From positions 26,970,001 to 27,034,000 of the forward strand of contig CATNEN010000038.1 in NCBI GenBank assembly GCA_950097015.1: a DNA stretch of 64,000 bases. The letters run 5' to 3'. This DNA is from Macrostomum hystrix. Lineage: Eukaryota > Animalia > Platyhelminthes. Under the pieces are notes generated by a model that saw only the letters and a list, made by a program, of their open reading frames with translations, was not told the origin of the DNA and made no database searches. How positions within the stretch are numbered: position 1 is the stretch's first letter; every line of letters begins with the position of its first letter. Of this stretch, positions 22,001 through 34,000 are shown one piece after another. Made by a program: the position numbers and the translations under genes.

Positions 22001-25000
22001 CGAGCTGTCATATGAGCAGGGAAACGAGCTGTCATATGAGCAGGGAAACGAGCTGTCATATATGATGAGTAGGGAAATGAGCTGACATATATGATGAGTA
22101 GGGAAACGAGCTGTCATATGAGCAGGGAAATGATGTCTAGATCTAGTGAAGATTACAACATTATGAAGTGAACAAGTTAGTATTTAAGCATTTATAGTCT
22201 GTGAAAACCGTGGTTGTACTTTTGTTTTCTAAGAAACGCGGCAAGATTTTGTTAAAACATAATTCGCAGCTTTACATTAAAGCTTCAATACAACAAACAT
22301 ACTTTTTTATAAATAAATACGTAGTCAGCTACTTTAAGTGGCTGGATTGACTAAAAGGCTGTTATTAAACTTTTTACCTTAATTAGCTTAGAAAATACAC
22401 TTTCGTTGGCTATAGGGCCATTTTAGTGTGTATCAGTTGAAGTTTTTCAGCCTGGTTAGCCTAACTAGCTACACAGACACTTGTTATGCTAATAACTACA
22501 TTTATATGTACGCATATAATCTATGTTTGTGTTTGCATAGTCAATACCTGTGTAGGTATTGGCGTGTTCTGGCTATTGGCATGCACATGTGTAATACAGA
22601 AATACTTTCTACCAGCTAATTTCACAGATCGAAATCTTCTTCAGATCAACATACTCACTTCTAGGGCTGTGTACAATTTTTCAGTCCGTAGACTTAGTCT
22701 AATTTCTGCCTAATGGTCACAAATTGTTTCCTACTGGTCAGAAGTCCACAGCTCTACTAAATAGGCGTAAATAAAAAATAATATTAGCATGAGGGCTGTA
22801 TATTGGAATTAAATAGATTCTGGCTATTCCACTGACTCCACAAGAGTATTCCACAACCCCTCCTGAGAGGTTGTAGCCTAGTGGTTAGGGCGTCGGACTC
22901 ACGACTTGAAGTTCGGGGGATCGATTCCCGACTCACTGGAACAATTTATGTCCTTAAGCTAGATACTTAACTCTGCATTGCTTCAGTTCACCCAGCTGAT
23001 AAATGGGTACCAGCATCAGCTGGGATAATTGAAGGTGGGTGTGGCGTCCCCCCAGTCCATGGACTGAACAGCCGTACGCAGCCTTCAGATGCGCCGCGCA
23101 TTAGCTGCGGCTGTGCTATCGGCTGCACATCTGACCCAATTGGGGCAGGTGTGATCAATTAAAATTGAGCACACATTTAGACAGGCGTGTACATCTGCTC
23201 TGTATTTCTCATCGTCAGGCAGTGTACACTCTCACTGTGCCTTGGAGGTTGGTCCTCAAGGGCGTAAATTGCACGACAAGCCACCAAGCCTTCTCTCCGC
23301 GGCTGCGCCCCAAATAAATGCGGCCTCACCGCGGAATCGAGCTCAGGGACCTTGGTGGGAGAGGCAAACGGGTTGCTGTCATTCACCCATAAACATTACA
23401 GAATATACTAGCATAATAAGAGCTACTCACGTTCCAGTTTCAGGATCGACTATTTTCTTCGTGACAGTCATGATTTTAAACGAAAAGAAAATCTTTAAAG
23501 ACAAATCAATCAATAATTGACTGCTTTAGATCTTGGGGACAAGCTTATTATAAAATAAGAATTTAGCATTAGCTTTCTAGAGTTGAATTATATAGAAACC
23601 AACTGCAACATAAGCCTTGCTTGCACATGTGGACACACAGTTAGTTTGTGCTTGGTGATTTGGACTACCCCTCACACCCCAATGTCCCCCTCTATCCCCT
23701 AACTCTATTTTCTCTGTCTTCTTTCGTTTTTTTTCTATTGCTAAATGGCAATGTACAAAAAGCTATATGGAGTTTGAATGTACACTAATACAAGCTCCCT
23801 AGCTAGGACTGTACAGGCTAGCTAACCAGGACTATAACAAAACACTGTCACCTTTCAATCTTCTCTCTTTCTTTGTCCCCAGACTCCTCCCAGGACCTGG
23901 AAAGGTATTGCGACTCTTTTCCGTGGGAGTCTGGTTAGTTCTGAGCTGTTTTTAGGAAGCATTGTTCTCTTTCTTTTTCCCTCTAGCGGATTGACAATTA
24001 GTATTTTAATATTTTAAACACTCAATAATTAATCAATAAGATACATATTATTAACAAGCTTAATATATAATAGTTATCTCACATTTCTAATCTCTCTCCT
24101 GTCTCATTTCCATCCTCGTCTTAACTCTCTCTCCCTAATTTCATTTCTTCTGTCTTAACTCTCCACTGTCTCTTCTCTCCCTTAGTCTTATATTTCTCAT
24201 CTTTCTCATCTAAATCATGTCTCATTTTCCGTCTCATCTCTCTCCTGTCTTGTCTCTCCCTCGTCTTATATTTCTCCGATAGTCTTATCTCTCCTCTGTC
24301 TCAATTCTCCCATTGCCTTATCTCTCCCCCGTTTCATATTTCTCCCATAGTCTTATCTCTCCTCTGTCTCATTTATCCCATAGTCTTATCTCTCCCTGTC
24401 TTATTTATCCCAGTCTTATCTCTCCCTGTCTCATTTATCCCATAGTCTTATCTCTCCCTGTCTCATTTATCCCATAGTCTTATCTCTCCCTGTCTCATTT
24501 ATCCCATAGTCTTATCTCTTACTGTCTCATTTATCCCATAGTCTTATCTCTCCCTGTCTCATTTATCCCCCACTCTTACCTCTCCCCTGTCTTCCCCCGC
24601 AGTCTAATCTTTCTCCTCTTTTTATCTTTATCATGTCTTTACGCTGTCAAATCTGTCCTCGTTTCCCCTGTCTCATGTGTCATTAGTCTCTAATGACACA
24701 TTTTTGTTAAGTTTGTAAGTTTATTGGTACAGCATGCAACGCACTGTAAAATAACATTACAGTTTTTATATTCCTAAACAGTGGCTAAAATCCATGCCGT
24801 TTTAGTCGGGTCGATTTCTGTTCTGCAGAGCAGGAAATTTATTTCTACCTATTCTATTTCAGTTTTTTGTACCACAGACAGAAGAAACAGTAATAGTACA
24901 CTCCAGTGTGTTTCAGATTTAAGGCATTGCAAAATAAATTGCCTACACATAATATACATATATATAAAGAAAAGATACGTGTGAAAAAAAGCAGAAGACC

Positions 25001-28000
25001 AAAAGTAGAGAGAAATTGGCTCTAGTTTCTTAAAGCGACTTCGCTAAAATCTACTCTCCGAATTTGACTCTACTGAAATGCATACACTGTAAAAAGAGAA
25101 ACAACGACAAAAACCAAGTCCACTATAATTCAAGATTTAATTTCAGCATAGGAAGAAAGCAAAATAAACAACACTGCCTGGAAATCAGTAGCACTCAAGT
25201 ATTCAATAACAAGGGACTAGATTAGTTAGAGGCAAAATAGAACTATTGCGAATTGACAAAACAGCAGCTTCCTAGCATACTCTATACTGAATTTCCTCTC
25301 CAATTCAGCGAATCTCCCCTCATTGTATTTCCACTCTACCATCCTTGTCTACCCATTCTACCATCCTTGTCTACCCGTTCTACCATCCTTGTCTACCCAC
25401 TATACCATCCTTGTCTAACCACTCTACCATCCTTGTCTACCCACTCTACCATCCTTGTCTACCCATTCTACCATCCTTGTCTACCCGTTCTACCATCCTT
25501 GTCTACCCACTATACCATCCTTGTCTACCCACTATACCATCCTTGTCTACCCACTCTACCATCCTTGTCTACCCACTCTGCCATCCTTGTCTACCCGTTC
25601 TGTACCATCCTTGTCTACCCACTATACCATCCTTATCTACCCACTATACCATCCTTGTCTACCCACTATACCATCCTTGTCTACCCACTCTCCCATCCTT
25701 GTCTACCCACTCTTCCATCCTCGTCTAACCACTCTCCCTCGCCATCTCCCATCCCAATGGTCTATAGGCAAAGAAGATCTCACCCAGACACTACTGGAAT
25801 TCTCTGCGGCGCCACATTGTCCTTGCCGGTGATGTAATTCTCAGGCGGTGTAATAGTCTCGGGCTCCCTGTACTGACTCATGTAGGAACTGGGCTCGATC
25901 TGCTCCATAGCAACAGTATCCTGGCAAAGCGTTGAGCAGTAATTGTAAATGGCTAGTAACAAAAATAATTTTCAGTAAAAAATTAAACGCAACAAAAGGC
26001 AGTTTTCATGGATACGTTAAGGATTAAAATCACTTTTTACTTGGCCTGCTAATAAGCATTTGGACCCGAGATTGAAGGTCAATCCACATTGCGATCAATT
26101 TCATCGCGTGTACTCATATTTCTTAGAATTAAGTTAGAAATATATCGCACATGTCTTTTTTCATGTTGTATCTCTAGTTTCTGTTTTCCAGTCACTCTCC
26201 CCTCTATCCACTTATATTTCTAATCTATCCACTCATTTCTGTCATCTATCCACTCATATCTCTTATCTATCCACTTATATATCTCTTATCTATCCACTCA
26301 TATCTCTTATCTATCCACTCATATCTGTCATCTATCCACTCATATCTGTCATCTATCCACTCATATCTGTCATCTATCCACTCATATCTGTCATCTATCC
26401 ACTCATATCTCTTATCTATCCACTTATATATCTCTTATCTATCCACTTATATTTCTCATCTATCCACTCATATCTCTTATCTATCCCCTCATATCTCTTA
26501 TCTATCCACTCATATCTCTTATCTATCCCCTCATATCTCTTATCTAACCACTTATATCTCTCATCTATCCACTCATATATTTTATATATCCACTAATATC
26601 TCTTATCTATGCACTAATATCTCTTATCTATTTTCTTATCTCTACAGAAAAAAAAACTAAATCGGTCCTGAACAACTAAACAAAAAAACAATGGTTTAAA
26701 AAACACGAAAAATAAGATTTTGAGTTTATAAGACGCACTTCCAGACAAGTGGAACAGGGGAATAACGGCAGCAGCGATTGTTGCTCGACTGCAAAACTGC
26801 TACAATTAGCTATCGGGGCTAGTTGATTGCAATGCTGCAAATAGGAACTAGTAGAGATGGGTCCGTAATCTTCAAGCTCACTGGACTGTTCGTAGGATGT
26901 CTGCTGCTGCTGCTGCTGCTGCTGCTGCTAATTTGAAAAGAGAATCACAAAGTTTCACTTACTACACGGTTAAGATTTTTAACAGCACTGGCGCCATATT
27001 TATAAGATTAATTTAAGCAAATCCAGCCTCACAAAGGTAAAAGTTTTAAACAAGAAAGTGTTTAGTGAATTTAGACCCTTAGGACTAAATTATAAAATAA
27101 ACAATATCTAGAGGGTTTTAGTATCTAGTCGAAAAGTTAATCTGAAATCATGAACTTAATAGAAAATTTTTGTTTGTAAAACTGTTACATAAACTAAGCT
27201 TAAAAATAAGATTTGGATTATATTTTTACTCTGAAATTAATTGTAAAATGAACATAAGGGATTATATGAAATGGGATTTTAATAATCGAATAAGATTTAA
27301 GAATGGCTTTAGGAATTAGTAGCGAATATAAATATTTTTTTAAATATCATTATAAGAAAATGACATTTCAAAGACCGAAAGAATATATTTAGCAATAGAG
27401 ATTTAAATGATCAAAACTGGGATTTTACGGGGATCCATCTTAAAAATCGAAAACGAATATTGGGGATTGGGGATCCAAACAATCTAAAAGGGATATTGGG
27501 GAATGGGGACCCAAACAAGCTAGAAGGGATATTGGGGAATGGGGATCTAAACAATCTAGAAGGGATGTTGGGGAATGGGGATCTAAACAAGCAAAAAGGG
27601 ATATTGGGGAATGGGGATCTAAACAATCTAAAAGGGATATTGGGGAATGGGGATCCAAACAAGCTAGAAGGGATATTGGGGAATGGGGATCTAAACAAGC
27701 TAAAAGGGATATTGGGGAATGGGGATCCAAACAATCTAAAAGGGATATTGGGGAACGGGGATCAAAACAATCTAAACGGGATATTGGGGAATGGGGATCC
27801 AAACAAGCTAGAAGGGATGTTGGGGAATGGGGATTAAAACAATCTAAACGGGATATTGGGGAATGGGGATCCAAACAAGCTAGAAGGGATGTTGGGGAAT
27901 GGGGATTAAAACAATCTAAACGGGATATTGGGGAATGGGGATCCAAACAAGCTAGAAGGGATATTGGGGAACGGGGATCCAAACAAGCTAGAAGGGATGT

Positions 28001-31000
28001 TGGGGAATGGGGATTAAAACAATCTAAACGGGATATTGGGGAATGGGGATCCAAACAAGCTAGAAGGGATGTTGGGGAATGGGGATCCAAACAAGCTAGA
28101 AGGGATGTTGGGGAATGGGGATTAAAACAATCTAAACGGGATATTGGGGAATGGGGATCTAAACAAGCTAAATGGATATTGGGGAATGGGGATCCAAACA
28201 AGCTAGAAGGGATGTTGGGGAACGGGGATCAAAACAATCTAAACGGGATGTTGGGGAATGGGGATTAAAACAATCTAAACGGGATATTGGGGAATGGGGA
28301 TCCAAACAAGCTAGAAGGGATGTTGGGGAACGGGGATCAAAACAATCTAAACGGGATATTGGGGAATGGGGATCCAAACAAGCTAGAAGGGATGTTGGGG
28401 AATGGGGATTAAAACAATCTAAACGGGATATTGGGGAATGGGGATCCAAACAAGCTAGAAGGGATGTTGGGGAATGGGGATTAAAACAATCTAAACGGGA
28501 TATTGGGGAATGGGGATCCAAACAAGCTAGAAGGGATGTTGGGGAATGGGGATCCAAACAAGCTAGAAGGGATGTTGGGGAATGGGGATCTAAACAAGCT
28601 AGAAGGGATGTTGGGGAATGGGGATCTAAACAAGCTAAATGGATATTGGGGAATGGGGATCCAAACAAGCTAGAAGGGATATTGGGGAATGGGGATCCAA
28701 ACAAGCTAGAAGGGATGTTGGGGAATGGGGGTTAAAACAAGCTAAAAGGGATATTGGGGAATGGGGATCCAAACAAGCTAAAAGGGATATTGGGGAATGG
28801 GGATCCAAACAAGCTAGAAGGGATGTTGGGGAATGGGGATCCAAACAAGCTAGAAGGGATGTTGGGGAATGGGGGTTAAAACAAGCTAAAAGGGATATTG
28901 GGGAATGGGGATCCAAACAATCTAGAAGGGATATTGGGGAATGGGGATCCAAACAAGCTAGAAGGGATGTTGGGGAATGGGGGTTAAAACAAGCTAAAAG
29001 GGATATTGGGGAATGGGGATCCAAACAAGCTAAAAGGGATATTGGGGAATGGGGATCCAAACAAGCTAGAAGGGATGTTGGGGAATGGGGATCTAAACAA
29101 GCTAAAAGGGATATTGGTGAATGGGGATCAAAACAATCTAAACGGGATATTGGGGAATGGGGATCTAAACAAGCTAAAAGGGATATTGGTGAATGGGGAT
29201 CAAAACAATCTAAAAGGGATATTGGGGAATGGGGATCAAAACAATCTAAACGGGATATTGGGGAATGGGGATCCAAACAAGCTAGAAGGGATATTGGGGA
29301 ATGGGGATCCAAACAAGCTAGAAGGGATATTGGGGAATGGGGATCCAAACAAGCTAGAAGGGATATTGGGGAATGGGGATCCAAACAAGCTAGAAGGGAT
29401 GTTGGGGAATGGGGATCTAAACAAGCTAAAAGGGATATTGGGGAATGGGGATCTAAACAAGCTAGAAGGGATATTAGGGAATGGGAATGAAAAAAAACCT
29501 TAAAAAATTAGGAATCAAGAAGCGAACACAACAAAAAAGAAACAATGAGAATAGGTATGACCATAAGTAATATACCAAAGCCAATCGATGACTCACCTTC
29601 TGAGATGACAGGGTGCCAATCTTGTCAATGTCGTGACTAGTTTCGTCAACGCTGACCGCATCGCCTAGATAAGATAAAGTGAAAAAACACGGTAATAATA
29701 AAATGTGTTAATAAAAATTGCAACTATATAAATTAACACTAAATAATATGTTGAAAAATGACAGCTGCAATTTTAGGTACAAATTGTTAATTTAGTTTGC
29801 ATTGTCGGGGGGGGAGTTTTTATTGGTCGTTGGGACAAAACTTTGATACAAAAAAGATCAGATTGTTAATTTGCTAAATTAGTAATATAAAAAATATGAT
29901 CGGAATGGAGTATTGGCAAGACTGTAGTGAGGGACAAACAGATCAGAATGCTTCAGAGGGGTGAAAACTGTGCGTATATATTGTTAGCAAACTCAGTATT
30001 AAGCTAGATTCTACACTATCGATAAAACTTGATTATGATTTTGTCTAAACCGTTTCAGATGTCATCACACATAAGCAATTCTAAATGTCGTGGAACAGAA
30101 AACTGATTGATAAATGTTATTATTTTTGGTGTCTAGGCTCTATGAGGGTGCATCCTGCACACTATAGTGCACTTCTGCTACAGGCTATTACTAAATATCT
30201 CGTATATTAAAATATCTACTGAGATAGGGGAGAGACGAGACAGGGGAGAGATTAGACAGGGGAGAGATTAGATAGGGGGGAGAGATGAGACAGAGGAGAG
30301 ATGAGACACGGGGGAGAGATGAGACAGGGGAGAGATGAGACAGGGGAGAGATGATACAGGGGAGAGATGAGACACGGGGGAGAGATGAGACAGGGGAGAG
30401 ATGAGACACGGGGAGAGATTAAACAGGGGGAGAGATGAGACAGGGGAGAGATGAGACACGGGGGAGAGATGAGACAGGGGAGAGATGAGACACGGGGGAG
30501 AGATGAGACAGGGGAGAGATGTGACAGGGGAGAGATGAGACACGGGGGAGAGATGAGACAGGGGAGAGATGAGACAGGGGAGAGATGAGACAAGGGGGAG
30601 AGATGAGACAGGGGAGAGATGAGACACGGGGAGAGATTAAACAGGGGGGGAGAGATGAGACATGGGAGAGATGAGACAGGGGAGAGATGAGACAGGGGAG
30701 AGATTAGACAGGGGGGAGAGATGAGACAGGGGAGAGATGAGACACGGGGGAGAGATAAGACGAGAGGGATGAGACAGGGGAGAGATTAGATGGGAAAGAG
30801 AAGATATGGCAGAGATCAGAGGGGGAATAGATAAGACAGGAGAGAGATCAGATAGGAGAGGTAGAGAGAACGTTTTGGAAAGTGCTTTGGATTCGGATTG
30901 AGATGCTTTGCATTGCCTTGGGTTATAATTAAAGCATTCAGTTTCTCTACAGTTTGTACTTTTATTCCACTAACTGCGAAGCTAGGCACCGAGAAATTGC

Positions 31001-34000
31001 TGTCACATCAGACTGTGCAATTCATGATTTGTTACTACCAGAACACAACTAAGTGCCAATCAGTAGTATAAATAGAATTGCTTGACTCTGTTCACTAGAC
31101 GTGTTGCAGTGTAGGGCAAGAATTATTAAATGTTAATTTTTTTAATTAAAAGCCTGTAAACAGCAGCCAAATTCTGCAACAAGAACAACAGGCATCTGGG
31201 GCATTCAATTTTGAAATCAGAGTTTATTTTCGGTTTACGAGGACCGAAAGTACTCGTTTCGGGGAAGATTCAGAAAACAAGTGGTAAATGAAAATTTAAT
31301 AGGGCAAACATTTAGTATTGAACAATAACTTGCCATCAATGGGTAGGTATCTTTTCATTCGCATTATTGACTCGACAAACCGTTGCGCAAAACAAAATAG
31401 GCAATTCCTAGGATTGTCCCGGAAACTAAAATTCCTAGAAACTATGTTTTTCTTCTAGAATCTACCCTTATTCCAGATTTTTCTTGGATTACTAGAATTA
31501 AGGATTTCTAGAATTAAGGATTTCTAGAATCTGAGATTCCTAGAATCTGGGATTCCTAGAATCTGGGATTCCTAGAATCTGGGATTCCTAGAATCTGGGA
31601 TTCCTAGAATCTGGGATTCCTAGAATCTGGGATTCCTAGAATCTGGGATTCCTAGAATCTGGGATTCCTAGAATCTGGGATTCCTAGAACTTTGGTTTTC
31701 GACCCTAATTATTTTTTTATTTTACCAGATCTAGCAGAGGATAGGTCAGAGAACTGACGCCTAGAAGTGCTCATTGGCTCAGCAAAGCCGTCGGCCCTTT
31801 TATTTTGTCGCCTCTCAGCAGGCGTTAGAGCCGAATCATCCGGCGTGCGGGCTGTGCCGCCGCTAGTTGAGAACATGGGCGAAGCTGGTAGCTGAGTATA
31901 ATCAGCAGCGTCCGTGTGATGCGCTGCAGTCAGAATGTTTTGCAGCATTCTTTTGTTTGATTTGCTTGGTTTTAAAATGCTGTCAAATGGCATTGCTAGT
32001 ATCTGATTGGCTAGTGCTAACTAACTGGGGAATATTTGCATTTTTTATTGGGACGAGGCATGAAATTAAATTAGACTTATTAGAAAAAGATGGGATCTAA
32101 AACTGGCAGTCGATATGGGATCTTAATCTGGCGGTCGATATGGGATCTTGACTGACGGTCGATATGGGATCTTAAACTGGCAGTCGATATGGGATCTAAA
32201 ACTGACGGTCGATATGGGATCTTAAACTGGCAGTCGATATGGGATCTAAAACTGGCAGTCGATTTGGGATCTTAAACTGGCAGTCGATATGGGATCTAAA
32301 ACTGGCAGTCGATTTGGGATCTTGAATGAACATTAGATATGGTATACAATTGATGTGAATGAGCAACAATTTAAAAAACAGTACAGTTTAATAATGATAA
32401 AAAACACACATGTAGAAGTACTGTTGATCCGAAAACAAGTGGCAGTGTAGTACTTAAAAAACATTGGTCAATACTTAATGCACGTAGTGGTACTGGTTTG
32501 AAAAAAATCACCTATTTACGAAAATACATACAATTACCTGCGGTTACCTTGAATTAAATTGCTGAAATAATTAGCCAATCAGCAGTTTTAAATTGTTATA
32601 ATTGGTTTCCTACAAAAAACTGACTTGCTGTGTTAATTAAACCTACAGCTTAAAACGCTTTGTTGTATAGATTTATTTATCTTTTCAATTTCTTTTTAGT
32701 GGGACTGGTTGGGTTGCTGGGCATGCTAACAAAACGACAAGACAACGAAAATTCATAAATGTAGTTTGGTTTTAGTTGCGAATAAAATGATACGACAATC
32801 AGTTATTATTGAATAGATTTTTTAAACCATAATTAATAATAATACTTGCGTTATTCGAATACAATAGCTAAGCCTCGTAAAGCGTTAAAAATGGTTACAA
32901 GAAAACTTTTTTTCACAATTTCGCTACAGTTAACGCACTACTTACCTAACTTTGTTATAAGTAGCAATTCAGAGTTTTTTTTAATGGAACGCCACTCTAA
33001 ACCAGCATAGTGTTATTTTTTATTAGATTATCGCCTACTTTTAAGTATTTTACCCTTCGATCGTTTCGAGTTTGAATGCGGAGGCGGCGATCTTGCGCCT
33101 TTAATTGAAGGCCTCGACTGAAGCTGCTGCTGGCCAATAGGCGCCTTCTTTAACTCCGGCTCATCAACTATGGGTAGAGAGGACGATTCGTCCTGCTCGC
33201 TGTACACAGCTGAGGAGGCGTCATCCGACAATAGGTACTCCGTACTGATGGCATCTCGCGGCAATAATAGGCCGCTTATTTTTGAATTAGCGGCTGCACC
33301 AGGCGATGTGTCTGACTCTAGCACTGAGCCTGTCGCGCGCGAATATTTATTATTCCTCTTTTAAACAAAGTTTAACCGCTTTTAAAACCTTTTCTAACTC
33401 ACACCTGCAGTGTACGCTGCCCAAAAGGATAGAGGGTTAGGGAAACGTGAGGCTATAAATAGCTACGCCAGAAAGAGATGTACGCACATTTCTAATGTAC
33501 ACTCTTGCCGGGTAGAGGGGAAGAGAAATGAGCCTATAAATAGCTATGCCAGAAGAGATGTGCGCACATTTCTAATGTACACTCCTAACTGGTAAAGAGG
33601 GGAAGAGAAATGAGGCTATAAATAGCCACGCAAGAAAAGATGGGTGTACAGCTTAAATGTACATTTCTGAAAGGGATAGAAGTCTAGAGGTGTGGAAAAA
33701 GATGTGACTATAAATAGTGGCTTAAGTGAGGTCAAATGCTAAAATAGCTGTATTGTACAAATGCCTCGTATAAGGACTATAATGAATGCGTCCCGAATAG
33801 TTTGAGTTCTGTGTTGGCCTGTATTGAACTGTCAATTATTATAAAGGAAAACTAACGGATTTATATATTAATAGAATATTTTATCCACTAATTACGAAGA
33901 AACAGTAAAACTTACTTTAACCATAACCAATTTAAACGTACTGAATAAATTAACTGAACTGATGGATCTACTTATAAAAATAAAAAAACTTTTTAACAAG

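Noticed and set aside
22869-22940. tRNA gene (also 40365-40434 and fragments near 8290-8420)
   Set aside because: A and B boxes are present but there is no full cloverleaf, and they continue into repeated SINE bodies.
23847-23985. Possible ankyrin exon with AG...GT borders
   Set aside because: All three minus frames contain stops, including the required phase-2 frame.
27411-29503. Multiple repeat ORFs on both strands
   Set aside because: Products of the 36-bp minisatellite.
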